DNA from: Candidatus Latescibacterota bacterium
GTDB lineage: Bacteria; Latescibacterota; UBA2968; UBA8231
Assembly: GCA_965215195.1 (NCBI GenBank)
Contig: CBDCDC010000002.1
Span: 2,464,001-2,528,000, forward strand
Direction: 5' to 3'
Length of the DNA: 64,000 nucleotides
Part shown: positions 20,054-29,690 of the stretch, piece after piece
Numbering within the stretch: the stretch's first letter is position 1
Layout of the letters: every line of letters starts with the position of its first letter
The notes under the pieces: generated by a model
The model's input: only the letters and a program-made list of their open reading frames with translations
What the model was told of the DNA's origin: nothing
The model's database searches: none
Translations under genes and position numbers: made by a program

Positions 20054-21016
20054 CTACAACGCCCCCCGATGCCCCCGGCGAATGGCCTCGCACAAGCGCA
20101 TGGTATGCACGGCATCGTCCAAGTTCGACCACGGCGTGCGATCTTGCAGAATGCAATCGACAAAGTGGACGACCTCGTTGAAGCCAGCCCCGCCCATTGC
20201 TTCGATCTCCTCGGCCTCTACGCTAAAGGCCCGGCCCTTGTCATAGCCCTCCACCTGCGGCCCCCGGGTCATATCGAGATAGACCGACAAATCCTCGCCG
20301 TGTACTTCGGCCCGCTGAATGCGGTAGCCCACTCCGTAGTGGCTCATCATCGCGCCGAAGGTGCCCGTGTCGAAACGCATCACGGCGTTGTGGCGATGGC
20401 ACCCGGGCCGCTCGCCGTCTTGCACCATCCCTTGCACCTCCACCGGCAGGGCCGCTTCCTCGGCACTGGGGCCAGCCAGCCAGCGCAGCAGATCGACGTG
20501 GTGAATGGCGTCGCATACCACCGGATCAGGCGCGGCCGGCCCCAACAGGGTCACCGGCTTGTTGTACGTGGCCGCGCAATGCACCGCGCCCCCGGCCGCC
20601 CGGATGCGCTGCCGCACGGCGAGCACTTGGGGGAAGTAACGCCGATTAAAAGACACGAGGGCCTTGCCTTGGCTTTGCTGGGCCGCTTGGGCCATTTGCG
20701 CGGTCTCGGCTGTGGTCATGCCCGGGGCTTTCTCTACCGAGGTGTGCAGCCCGCGCTCCAAGCAATCGAGTACGATGGGCAGCAAGTGGCCGGGCATGGT
20801 GACCACGTGTACGAGCTCTGGCCGACAGACATTGAGCATCTCCCGATAGTCGGCAAAGGCGCGTTCCGGCCCCCATTCGGCCTGATTTTTGCGCCGCCGC
20901 TCCTCGCTTAGCTCGGCAATGCCCACCAAGCGCAGGCGCGGCTCGTCGGCAATCATGCGGAAGTGCGACTGGGCGTGGCCGCCGCAGCCGATGACCGCTA
21001 CTTTCAAGTCTGCCAT
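20054..21016 (-). CDS. Gfo/Idh/MocA family oxidoreductase
   Basis: VAVIGCGGHA, VEKAP, FNRRY, DAIHHVD. Confidence 0.9.
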   Translation of the reverse strand: MADLKVAVIGCGGHAQSHFRMIADEPRLRLVGIAELSEERRRKNQAEWGPERAFADYREMLNVCRPELVHVVTMPGHLLPIVLDCLERGLHTSVEKAPGMTTAETAQMAQAAQQSQGKALVSFNRRYFPQVLAVRQRIRAAGGAVHCAATYNKPVTLLGPAAPDPVVCDAIHHVDLLRWLAGPSAEEAALPVEVQGMVQDGERPGCHRHNAVMRFDTGTFGAMMSHYGVGYRIQRAEVHGEDLSVYLDMTRGPQVEGYDKGRAFSVEAEEIEAMGGAGFNEVVHFVDCILQDRTPWSNLDDAVHTMRLCEAIRRGHRGAL

Positions 21017-21109
21017 AGGATTTCCTTTCTAAGTGGTTGAGTAGCTGCCAATATACAGTGCCGAGTTCTTGGCCCCAACAGAGGGCCTTTGCAACGTCCG
21101 TCGACAAAT

Positions 21110-21138
21110 TTGACAGGGGATTGTGGAGCCAGTATAGT
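21110..21138 (+). promoter_or_regulatory. Sigma70-type promoter
   Basis: TTGACA-17 nt-TATAGT upstream of the CDS at 21171. Confidence 0.65.
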
Positions 21139-21170
21139 GTTTCACCTCGATTCACGACATTGCAAAGGAT

Positions 21171-21794
21171 ATGCTCATGCGCGTCATTGCCGTCGGCTGC
21201 GAATACTCAGGCGTCAGCACCCTCATTGAGCAGGTGCATCAATGGGGGCTGAGTCGCGGAATTAGCCACCATCTCGACGACCACTTTACCATACCAGACG
21301 CCTATCACCTCAGCGACGAGGAGCAGCGGGCCATGCTGGCCATGCTGCCGGCCATCAAGGAGCGCTTCCAGCGCTTCCAGATCGTCTATCACGTGCGCTT
21401 GCTGCACCGCTATCGAGACATCTTATTGGGCGGCTTCCACATCGAGGAAAAGGTGTACGGCCCCAAGTACTACTACCCAAGCATCGACATCGACATCCGC
21501 GAATACGAGCCGAACATGCCCGACGACACCATGCTCGTCCACCTGCACGCTGCGCCCGCAACAATCCGCGCCCGCATGGCCGCAACCCCACATCCGCACT
21601 CATTGGTCCCGGCCGCAGACGTGCCAGAAATACTAGATCGTTTCGCGCAAGAGGTGCGGGCCTCTTGGATTGGCCGCAAATTCGCCATTGACACCACCGA
21701 CCTAACGCCGCCCCAACTCCTCGCAACCTTCCTCAACCGCTCCATCCCCCACCTCAATCCCGGCGACGCCGCCACGCGGCTTTTGGCCGGCTAG
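21171..21794 (+). CDS. Hypothetical protein, nucleotide kinase-like fold with atypical P-loop
   Basis: N-terminal VIAVGCEYSGVST, LVHLHA.P.TIRARM, and IDTT. Confidence 0.65.
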   Translation: MLMRVIAVGCEYSGVSTLIEQVHQWGLSRGISHHLDDHFTIPDAYHLSDEEQRAMLAMLPAIKERFQRFQIVYHVRLLHRYRDILLGGFHIEEKVYGPKYYYPSIDIDIREYEPNMPDDTMLVHLHAAPATIRARMAATPHPHSLVPAADVPEILDRFAQEVRASWIGRKFAIDTTDLTPPQLLATFLNRSIPHLNPGDAATRLLAG

Positions 21795-21828
21795 CAAGCC
21801 GCTCAATCACAACGCACGGAGTACGGAA

Positions 21829-23112
21829 ATGGCAGATTCGAGAAGGGACTTTTTCAGAAAGACGGGCAACCTCGCGCTCGGCGCGGCGACTGCGTCCTTA
21901 TGGGCCTCCGACAGCCTGCAAAAGGTCCACGCGGCCTCTGAACGCCTCGGCCATGCCTCTCCAGAGGCCAGCGCGTCGGACGAACCTTTCTGGTACAGCG
22001 TGCGCGGAGCGTTCAATTTGTCGCCCCAGCTTATCAACTTTGAGAACGGATATTTCAGTCCGCAGCCGGAAGCCGGGGTTGATGAGGTGTGCAAAAGTGC
22101 CCGCGCCATCAATGAGATTCCCTCGTTTTACATGCGGCGCAAGCTGGTGGACGACACCCGCGCAGCGCATCAATTGCTAGCCCGCTTTGCCGGTTGCTCA
22201 GACGAAGAAATCCTCCTGACGCGCAACACGACCGAATCGCTCAACATCGTCATCATGGGGCTGAAGCTCCAACCCGGGGACGAGGCTTTGTGGGGAACCT
22301 ACGAATACGGCAGCATGAAGGTCGCGTTTGAGCAGCGCGCCGCCCGCGAGGGCATCGTGAACAAGGTACTCGACCTGCCCATCACCGCCATGGACAATGC
22401 CGAGATCGTCGCGGCCTATAAAAGGGCCATTACGCCGCGCACCAAAGTGATCCTCGTCTCTCACATCGTCTATCTAACCGGCCAAGTGCTGCCCGTGCGC
22501 GAAATCTGCGACATGGCCCACGAGCGGGGCGTGGAAGTCATCGTCGATGGTGCCCACGCCTTTGCCCATCTGGCCGCCAAAATCCCCGACCTCCACTGCG
22601 ATTACTACGGAGCGAGTTTGCACAAGTGGATGTTGGCACCGCTGGGCACGGGCATATTGTACATCAAAAAAGAGAACATCGAGAAGGTGTGGCCGCTCTT
22701 CGGCGACGCTGGGTACGCCTCGGACTCGATCCGCAAGTTCGCCCACATTGGCACGTATCCAGCCTACTTGCAACTGGCCTTGGCCGAGGCCATCCGCTTT
22801 AACCAAACCATCGGCCTAAAGCGCAAAGAAGCGCGCTTGCGCTACATCAAAAACTACTGGGTCAATCGCCTAATCGACGTGCCCAACATCGCGGTCCACA
22901 CGCCCCGCGAGGCCCATCGCTCGTGCGCCATTTCCACCGTGGGCATTGAGGGGCAAGATCCCGGGGACATTGCCAACGCCCTGTACGACAAGTATAAGAT
23001 CTTCACCGTGCCGCCGGGCTATCCCGGAGCGGTGCGGATATGTCCGAACATATACACGACGCCCTATGAACTGGATCTATTCGTCCAAGCGATGAAAGAA
23101 CTGGCCGCCTAA
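21829..23112 (+). CDS. Tat-exported class V PLP aminotransferase (isopenicillin N epimerase/cysteine desulfurase-like)
   Basis: SRRDFFR Tat motif, RNTTE, VDGAH, ASLHKW (PLP lysine). Confidence 0.9.
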   Translation: MADSRRDFFRKTGNLALGAATASLWASDSLQKVHAASERLGHASPEASASDEPFWYSVRGAFNLSPQLINFENGYFSPQPEAGVDEVCKSARAINEIPSFYMRRKLVDDTRAAHQLLARFAGCSDEEILLTRNTTESLNIVIMGLKLQPGDEALWGTYEYGSMKVAFEQRAAREGIVNKVLDLPITAMDNAEIVAAYKRAITPRTKVILVSHIVYLTGQVLPVREICDMAHERGVEVIVDGAHAFAHLAAKIPDLHCDYYGASLHKWMLAPLGTGILYIKKENIEKVWPLFGDAGYASDSIRKFAHIGTYPAYLQLALAEAIRFNQTIGLKRKEARLRYIKNYWVNRLIDVPNIAVHTPREAHRSCAISTVGIEGQDPGDIANALYDKYKIFTVPPGYPGAVRICPNIYTTPYELDLFVQAMKELAA

Positions 23113-23380
23113 TCTAGCGCGGGCGTCCAATACGCCTGCGGGTCTCTCGCGCTATGGCCCACGCGCCGTCAATGCGTACAGATTGCTCAACACCGCTAAC
23201 CGGATGTGGCTGTACGCGCGATGGATGACCGCGTTCACTAGTGCTCTTCTTCCGGATCGGCCAACAGCAACTCAGTTGCTACATCTGGCGGCATGGCTAA
23301 CAGGGTCTCAATTAGCCGTATGGATAAGGCGGTTGTGCTGACGACGCCCCTAGATGCGCGGGCGTCCCTAGTAATGCCCA

Positions 23381-23498
23381 TTTTGAACAGTACTATTTCT
23401 GCGGTTTCCGCTGGGTCCGGGATCGAGGGCGTCCCCCCTCGCCGAGGGCAAGATGCCCTCGATCCTTGGCCGGCTGAGGGCTGGTGTCGTGTAGTAAG
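23381..23498. mobile_element. Inverted, partial copy of the MITE
   Basis: Reverse-complement match to ~18266-18363, ending GGTGTCGTGTAGTAAG, with an extra internal GAGGGC palindrome unit. Other TIR not recognised. Confidence 0.75.
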
Positions 23499-23605
23499 AT
23501 CATACCTATAAATATGACGTTACGCACGATCGTTATTCCCTACGCACCGAGGGAACGACGACGCCGCGTTCATCTGGGTTTAGCTACGGAGGAAAACGAG
23601 GAATC

Positions 23606-24424
23606 ATGATCAAATTGGCGACTATGAGCAGCGCGTGTCCAGACTGGACCTTGGACGAGGTCGTCGCCGGCATGAAGCGGCACGGCTATCAGGGGTTTGA
23701 ACCGCGCGTCGAATGGGATCACGCCTGCGGCATTGAGGCCGCGCTTGCGGCCAAAGAGCGACGGGAGGTTCGCCAACGGATGGAGGACGAGGGTCTCGCA
23801 ATTTGCTGCATTGCAACCGGGGTGCGCATGGCTGCGCCCGACGCGGCCGAGCGGGCCAAGCACGTGGAGGACGTGAAAAAGTACATCGACTTGGCGGCTG
23901 ATTTGGGCTGTGGTTTGGTGCGGGTTTTCGGCGGCCAGCGCGACCGGAGCCGCGAGTGGACTGCGGTCGTCGATTACGTGGTGGAGGGCTTTGCGCAAGT
24001 GTTGCCGGCAGCGGCTGAACGCGGCGTGACGCTGCTGTTGGAAACGCACGACGATTGGTGCTGCTCGGCTCCGGTGCGCGCGGTCGTCGAGCGGGCCGGG
24101 CACCCGAATTTGCAGGTGTTGTGGGATTTTATGCACACGCAGCGGATGCTCGAAGAGCCGGCCGAGAGCTTCCGGCTGCTCGGAGCGCACACGCGCCACA
24201 TCCACGCTCACGACGGGGTGATCGTCGATGGCAGGGTGCAGGTCAGCGAGGTGCTGGGCGCGGGCGTCTTCGATCACGCCGAGCCGCTGCGCTTGCTCGC
24301 TGAAGCTGGATTTGCTGGGTATTGCTCGGTGGAAGTGATCTACAAGCGCGGCAGCGGGGGGCGGGCCGATGCGGTGTTGGGGCAGTATGCCGCGGGGCTG
24401 CGGGGGATTTTTCTTCCGAAATAG
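23606..24424 (+). CDS. Sugar phosphate isomerase/epimerase (AP endonuclease 2 TIM barrel)
   Basis: GYQGFEPR, VRVFGG, LLETH, LWDFMH, HIHAHD, YCSVE. Confidence 0.88.
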   Translation: MIKLATMSSACPDWTLDEVVAGMKRHGYQGFEPRVEWDHACGIEAALAAKERREVRQRMEDEGLAICCIATGVRMAAPDAAERAKHVEDVKKYIDLAADLGCGLVRVFGGQRDRSREWTAVVDYVVEGFAQVLPAAAERGVTLLLETHDDWCCSAPVRAVVERAGHPNLQVLWDFMHTQRMLEEPAESFRLLGAHTRHIHAHDGVIVDGRVQVSEVLGAGVFDHAEPLRLLAEAGFAGYCSVEVIYKRGSGGRADAVLGQYAAGLRGIFLPK

Positions 24425-24691
24425 CGATGAAAGAAACGATTTATATCGGAGATCGAGAGTTCACCGTTCAGATTCACGACGAATATGGAGGGTACTGGTT
24501 CCCGAATTGAACAGCGGCTCTTCAATAGGTTCTGCCTGACGAGAGCGAAACTGCCCTCCCAAACAAGCGACCGCGGCACCATAGGCGAGGACGCCGCCGA
24601 CAAATAGGGCGAACAGCGCGTGGCGCAGCGGAGCAGACAGCGTTACCTGCTCCGCAAAATTTGCAGCAGTTTCATCAGAATAGGACCTTAC

Positions 24692-25567
24692 TCAGTCGGC
24701 GGCATCTAACAGGTGCCTAAAGGCTTCAAGGCTATGCACCTGTATGGCCATCCGATGCAACTGCTTGAGGCGCTGCACATCGTCGATGGCCCCAAGGCGG
24801 GCGGCCAACGGATCCGACGCGGCCGCATCAAAACGCAGTGCCAACACGTCTTGGATGCTTTCTCGGATGCCTTGCTCAATGCCTTGCTCAATGCCCTTTT
24901 CCGTGAAATACTGCACTACCGACGATTCGTACATGGTCTCCTCCGCGATGATGGTCATAATCGTCTCAGATTTATACACCAAACCGCTCAAAATGGCAAG
25001 ATCGACTAAGTAATTGGCCTTGACGGTCTCGTCCATGGGCACCTCTTGCGCCCGGTGGACACACTGGCGCAACCACGCCTCGGCATCCACTCCCACTGGC
25101 CGCTGCATCAACGGCGCAAACGGGATCAAGCCCATAAGGCCGCGGTTGAGGATGCGTTGACCGTCCAATGCACTCAGCCGAATCACCTTGTATTGCACCA
25201 GTACGCGGTAGCCGTGCCGCTCTTGGAGATAGTACCCCGGATCGGTGCGGCCAGCGTCGGGACGCAGGTAGACGACGTTGGAATAGATGGGTATGCCGTG
25301 CAGCTCAATGCCGCGTCCGATATAGCCGGCCATGCGCTGCGGCATGGGTAGTTTGCTGTCGGTGGTTTGAAACTCGTGATGAACCAACGCTTCGTCATTA
25401 GCGACGCGCACGTGGATGAGGCTGTCGGTGCGGTGGGCTTCGACGGTGGGTTGCTCGGTGTCAACAACGCCGATGACTTCGACGTCGTCTTGGGGGAGGG
25501 CGAAGTGGGCGAAGTCGTGGGGGTAGGTGTGGATGAGATGTTTGGCGATGGTATCGAATTCGGCCAT
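24692..25567 (-). CDS. Rpn family recombination-promoting nuclease / putative transposase (PD-(D/E)XK)
   Basis: FD...KHL, RTDSL...HHEFQT, RMAGY, VVYL, and GIEQGIEQGI repeats before a C-terminal helical domain. Confidence 0.8.
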   Translation of the reverse strand: MAEFDTIAKHLIHTYPHDFAHFALPQDDVEVIGVVDTEQPTVEAHRTDSLIHVRVANDEALVHHEFQTTDSKLPMPQRMAGYIGRGIELHGIPIYSNVVYLRPDAGRTDPGYYLQERHGYRVLVQYKVIRLSALDGQRILNRGLMGLIPFAPLMQRPVGVDAEAWLRQCVHRAQEVPMDETVKANYLVDLAILSGLVYKSETIMTIIAEETMYESSVVQYFTEKGIEQGIEQGIRESIQDVLALRFDAAASDPLAARLGAIDDVQRLKQLHRMAIQVHSLEAFRHLLDAAD

Positions 25568-25724
25568 GAGCCATGCCTTGGGTTACGGGTGGGGTGGTAT
25601 CCGCAACGGGCAAGAATCGTGCCAAGGCGGCGGCTCAGAGGGGCGGAGGGGGATAGGAGGTGCTGGAGTGTAGCGGAAAGGATACAGAGATGGGAACATT
25701 GAGGACAAAAGCGGCGTACCGTTT

Positions 25725-26021
25725 TTATGGCATGGATGCCGCTGTATGCGCGAGTGAATCGCCGATTCGATCAACCGCAACCTTATTGCGGAAATAGAAC
25801 AGGTCGTCCGCTGTTATGCCCGCTAGTTTCATCCCGATTTCCAGCATGTGAGGACGTAGCTTGCTGCTTAGATAGACAGAGAGACCAGCACCCGTTATCG
25901 CCCCCAATATATTCCCAAAACCTGGTACAATAGAGCCTCCTGCGCTTCCGGCTGTTATTAAAACGGCAGATATACCAAAATTATACCAATGAAATGCTTG
26001 ACGGAATAACGCGCTGTGCAA
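25725..26021 (-). pseudogene. 3' remnant (or small paralogue) of the adjacent glycine-zipper protein
   Basis: FGISAVL..AG...VPGFGNILG...GAG...YL...L.P.ML.......DLFYFRNK aligns with the C-terminus of 26028-27155. No good start. Confidence 0.6.
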
Positions 26022-26027
26022 AAGTAC

Positions 26028-27149
26028 TTATTGACTAGGATGAGATCCAGTGCCCAGTAAGCCGGCGTTTCTCTGGAAGGAAAGGGCTATTTGGTCGATG
26101 TGGTCCTTGTTGCGAAAGTAGAACAAGTCGACGTGTTCAAAGCCGGTAATGTTCAGAGCGAGATCGAGCATATAGGGCTGGAGATGTTTGTTTAGATACA
26201 TTCCCATGCCTGCCCCAACTAACGTGCCAGCGATACCACCGACCAAGTTACCGATTCCTGGTACGGCTGAGCCTATGGCACCCCCACCAAATCCCCCAGC
26301 AGTTGAAAGAACTGTTGATACGCCGAATCGGGACATTATGGTAAGGGCTTGCACGACTTGTATCTTGTTTTTAGAGGTACGATCAACAGTGCTGAATTTC
26401 TTCTCAGTCTTGATGGCATCGTATATCAGACGCGCACTAACTATAATTGCGCCGGCATAAGGGACTATCTCTCCGATACTGTCGGGCAGATCAAGGCCCA
26501 TATTGTCACTGAGAGTTTCGAGTCCGCTCTCTATTCCTTCCTCCCGTTTGTAATCGAATCCTACATCGGTCATTTGGTCAATGAGACCGGGGCTTTGCTC
26601 AGAAATTTTGTCGTAGATTTCTGTGCTCACCGCATAGCTAATATCTGGATTGCCCTGCATTAATTGCTCTACATTGCCAGAGTAATCGGCTCCGCCTGTT
26701 TTGACCTGCCAGAGGCTAGGTTCTCCATCGGGAGAAGTGGCAGAAACATCCCAAACTGGCTGATTGGGATTTTGGGCGATCTCTACATCGGTGTAACCGC
26801 GATCCTCTAGCATATTTTTGGTATCGATTTCGGCGACTTTACCTTTGAGGGCATTTATGAAGCCGTCAGTGGAATCCTGACCTCGTTGTAACAGCTCTTG
26901 ATAGTGGTCGGTTACCGTTCCGTCGTAGTTGCCGAAAGCCATTTCGTGGGCCTGTGTAATCTTGTCGTCCACATTGATAGTATCGAAAATACCCCACATT
27001 GCGAATGAGGTCGCCGCCGCCGCTTCTGACGCATAAAATGCTCGATCCATGCCTAGTAGGTCAGAGATCGTATCTCGAAAGGATTTGCTCTGGCCAGATT
27101 TTGTGACGGGGAGTTTCCGTAGTTCTGGGAGCAGATTTGAAGATTGCAT
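26028..27149 (-). CDS. Hypothetical protein: restriction-endonuclease-like motif plus C-terminal glycine-zipper membrane helices
   Basis: KGKVAE...WDV...WQVKT motif, then GGFGGGAIGSAVPGIGNLVGGIAG. AGGAGG RBS upstream; start is 27149 or 27155. Confidence 0.7.
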   Translation of the reverse strand: MQSSNLLPELRKLPVTKSGQSKSFRDTISDLLGMDRAFYASEAAAATSFAMWGIFDTINVDDKITQAHEMAFGNYDGTVTDHYQELLQRGQDSTDGFINALKGKVAEIDTKNMLEDRGYTDVEIAQNPNQPVWDVSATSPDGEPSLWQVKTGGADYSGNVEQLMQGNPDISYAVSTEIYDKISEQSPGLIDQMTDVGFDYKREEGIESGLETLSDNMGLDLPDSIGEIVPYAGAIIVSARLIYDAIKTEKKFSTVDRTSKNKIQVVQALTIMSRFGVSTVLSTAGGFGGGAIGSAVPGIGNLVGGIAGTLVGAGMGMYLNKHLQPYMLDLALNITGFEHVDLFYFRNKDHIDQIALSFQRNAGLLGTGSHPSQ

Positions 27150-27167
27150 GGTCATGTCGATTGCCTC

Positions 27168-27896
27168 CTAAGTGAGAACGACGACAAGCGCGGTAATGGC
27201 GAAGGCGGCAGAGATAATTGCGATGGTGGTAAGCCGGTTTCGGGTCCGGCGCGCATCTTGGCGCAGGGCCCCCAACGCTTTGTTCAGGGTCGCTTGGGTC
27301 TGCTCACCAAGTTCGGCTTTGGCGGTACCCAAGTTTGCCTCGTATTGTTTGGCCTGTTCGCCGAGAGCCTTTTGGGTAATCTGGTCGTGAGTTTCATTTA
27401 GCTGTTTTTGGGCGTTTTCTAAGGCGACCTCATATTGTTTGGCCTGTTCGCCGAGAGCCTTTTGGGTAATCTGGTCGTGAGTTTCGTTTAGCTGCTTTTG
27501 GGCGTTTTCTAAGGCGACCTCATATTGTTTGGCCTGTTCGCCGAGAGCCTTTTGGGTAATCTGGTCGTGAGTTTCGTTTAGCTGCTTTCGGGCGTTTTCT
27601 AAGGCGACCTCATATTGTTTGGCCTGTTCGCCGAGAGCCTTTTGGGTAATCTGGTCGTGAGTTTCGTTTAGCTGCTTTCGGGCGTTTTCTAAGGCGACCT
27701 CATATTGTTTGGCCTGTTCGCCGAGAGCCTTTTGTATAGTGTCGCTGAGTATTTGCTGTAGGTTATCGTGCTCGGCTATGTGCTGGCTTAGGAGTTCATT
27801 CTGACGAATGACCCGAGGAATGAGTTCTTGGTTGATTCGATCCTGTTCCTCCCAGAAACGCACTTTTTCCTCTATTCTGACTGGTTCAGACATCAT
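27168..27896 (-). CDS. Coiled-coil tandem-repeat protein with C-terminal membrane anchor
   Basis: AAGGAG RBS, 30-aa repeats, terminal hydrophobic helix TIAIISAAFAITALVVVLT. Confidence 0.8.
   Translation of the reverse strand: MMSEPVRIEEKVRFWEEQDRINQELIPRVIRQNELLSQHIAEHDNLQQILSDTIQKALGEQAKQYEVALENARKQLNETHDQITQKALGEQAKQYEVALENARKQLNETHDQITQKALGEQAKQYEVALENAQKQLNETHDQITQKALGEQAKQYEVALENAQKQLNETHDQITQKALGEQAKQYEANLGTAKAELGEQTQATLNKALGALRQDARRTRNRLTTIAIISAAFAITALVVVLT
27338..27734. repeat. 90-bp in-frame tandem repeat, ~4.4 copies
   Basis: Units start at 27341, 27431, 27521, 27611 and 27701, nearly identical. Encodes QKALGEQAKQYEVALENA(R/Q)KQLNETHDQIT. Confidence 0.95.
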
Positions 27897-28031
27897 TGGT
27901 CTCCTTGCAATTTGGCGCGTGGGCGTAGGGGCTAGAACTATTCAGTGCCAGAGTTTTCTCCTGTGATCGAAAGGTATCCATCGAGAGCAACCCCGTGATT
28001 TTCCACCAGCATTGCACCGGACGGTGAATGC

Positions 28032-28060
28032 TTGACGCCCTGGGATTGGCGGCTCATAAT
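28032..28060 (+). promoter_or_regulatory. Sigma70-type promoter
   Basis: TTGACG-17 nt-CATAAT upstream of the Nramp-family gene. Confidence 0.6.
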
Positions 28061-28133
28061 ACTCAAGAACTTGTGAAAATGCAAACGGAAAAACGGTGCT
28101 TCTAAACGACAAAAACAAAACGGAGTTTGCTAT

Positions 28134-29471
28134 ATGTCCGCTGAACAAAGCAACATCCGCGAGGCCCCCACTCATCTCGGCGGCCTCTTACGCAATATCG
28201 GCCCCGGCGTCGTTGTCTCCGGGTCAGTGGTCGGCTCCGGCGAGTTGTTGGTGACGACGCGGATGGGAGCCGAGGTCGGTTTCGTCTTTCTCTGGGGCGT
28301 GATCTTGGCCTGTTTGGTCAAATTTGCCATTCAGCTCGAATTGGGTCGGCAGTGCCTGTTGCGCAAGAGCAGCACCGTGCAAATCCTCGACCAAGTGCCG
28401 GGCGTGCGCTGGCGCGGCACCTCGTGGATCGCGTGGCTCTGCGTGGTAGGCTACTTCTCGGTGACAGTGGCCGTCATCGGCATCTTGGGGTCGGTGGCCG
28501 GGCTGATGGTCGCGGTGTTCCCTTTTGCATCCGAACAGGTGTGGGCGGTAGTAATTTTTCTCGCCATGTCGGTTTTGCTCTGGCGGGGATTGTACGGCGA
28601 CTTGGAGAAAATGGTCTCCGCGCTGGTGGCGACCTTCAGCTTGGTCGTCGTCGGATCGGTGCTCGCACTGCAAGGCACGAGCTACGCCATCAGCAGCGCA
28701 CAAATCGCCTCGGGCTTCCGCTTGGCCATGCCGGCCGAAGGCGCGTTTGTGGCCCTCGCGGTGATGGGATCGGTCGGCGCGACCGCGGTCGAGCTTTTCA
28801 TGTATCCCTATTGGATCGTGGAAAAAGGCTACCCGGACTTTGTCGGGCCAAAAGACGATAGCCCCGCATGGCAGGCGCGCTACCGGGGCTGGATGCGAGT
28901 CTTGATCGCGGATGCGGGCGTGTGTACGGGCATCGCGCTGATAGTTACTTGCGCGTACTACCTGCTGGGCGCGTCCGTGCTCAATCAGCTACAAGTCCTG
29001 CCCGAAGGCATGAAGGTCGTCGAGCAAGTCTCGCTAATTTTCACCGAGAGCATCGGGGGCTGGGCGTACTACATCTTCATGTTCGGGGGGTTTTGTACGC
29101 TCTTTTCCACCCTGCTGGTCTTCGCCGCTTCTTCCGGGCGGATCGGCGCCGACTTTCTGCGGCAACTAAGGGTGAGCGCACTCGTCGGAGAAGAGGGCTA
29201 CCGCCGCTGGATCCGCATTTTCCAAATAGTCTTCCCGTTTGGCTGGCTGCTTTTCATATTGTTCGACCCGCGCACTCTCGACTTCGTGCTCAAAGGGGCC
29301 AACGTCAACAATCTGTTGCTCATCCCCATGGCTTATGCCGTGCTGCACTTGGCCATGCGCACACCCGCGGACGAGCGCATGTCGCTGAAGACCGAGTTGG
29401 CGCTGCTGTTTACGATCTGGGCCATCATCAACTTCACGGCGATCAATCTGTTTCAGCTATCCGGGCACTAG
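28134..29471 (+). CDS. Nramp-related (APC superfamily) transporter
   Basis: IGPG......VGSGEL..TT..GA..GF..LW, E.GR, YPYW..EKGY. About 11 TM helices. Confidence 0.82.
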   Translation: MSAEQSNIREAPTHLGGLLRNIGPGVVVSGSVVGSGELLVTTRMGAEVGFVFLWGVILACLVKFAIQLELGRQCLLRKSSTVQILDQVPGVRWRGTSWIAWLCVVGYFSVTVAVIGILGSVAGLMVAVFPFASEQVWAVVIFLAMSVLLWRGLYGDLEKMVSALVATFSLVVVGSVLALQGTSYAISSAQIASGFRLAMPAEGAFVALAVMGSVGATAVELFMYPYWIVEKGYPDFVGPKDDSPAWQARYRGWMRVLIADAGVCTGIALIVTCAYYLLGASVLNQLQVLPEGMKVVEQVSLIFTESIGGWAYYIFMFGGFCTLFSTLLVFAASSGRIGADFLRQLRVSALVGEEGYRRWIRIFQIVFPFGWLLFILFDPRTLDFVLKGANVNNLLLIPMAYAVLHLAMRTPADERMSLKTELALLFTIWAIINFTAINLFQLSGH

Positions 29472-29495
29472 CAGCGCAGATTTCGTTTCGCCGTT

Positions 29496-29657
29496 TCAGC
29501 ATCCTCTCCGATAGGGTTTAACAGGCGGCCCTTTTTTACGTGCGCTTACCACTCGGCTACGCTGCCGACGCGAAAAACCCTCATTCCACTTCTTGGGAAT
29601 CCGCGCACCTTGGGGCCGCCGCGCCATCCACTCTCGCCGCCATTTTTGCCGCGCCAT
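29496..29657 (-). CDS. Candidate 53-aa highly basic small protein
   Basis: GGAAAGGAG RBS before ATG. MARQKWRREWMARRPQGARIPKKWNEGFSRRQRSRVVSARKKGPPVKPYRRGC. Co-oriented just downstream of hisA. Confidence 0.35.
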   Translation of the reverse strand: MARQKWRREWMARRPQGARIPKKWNEGFSRRQRSRVVSARKKGPPVKPYRRGC

Positions 29658-29690
29658 GTACTCGCGCTCCTTTCCGCTAGTATCCCGCCT

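Noticed and set aside
24427-24530. Possible second selenoprotein (…GYWFPN-TGA)
   Set aside because: Read-through hits TAG after five codons, with no redox motif and no convincing SECIS. Treated as a small ORF or remnant.
24692-25567. Bounded IS element around the Rpn gene
   Set aside because: No terminal inverted repeats or target duplication found, and Rpn proteins are not known to form classical IS elements.
27338-27734. Possible CRISPR array
   Set aside because: Whole 90-bp units are near-identical with no unique spacers, lie in frame inside a CDS, and no cas genes are nearby.
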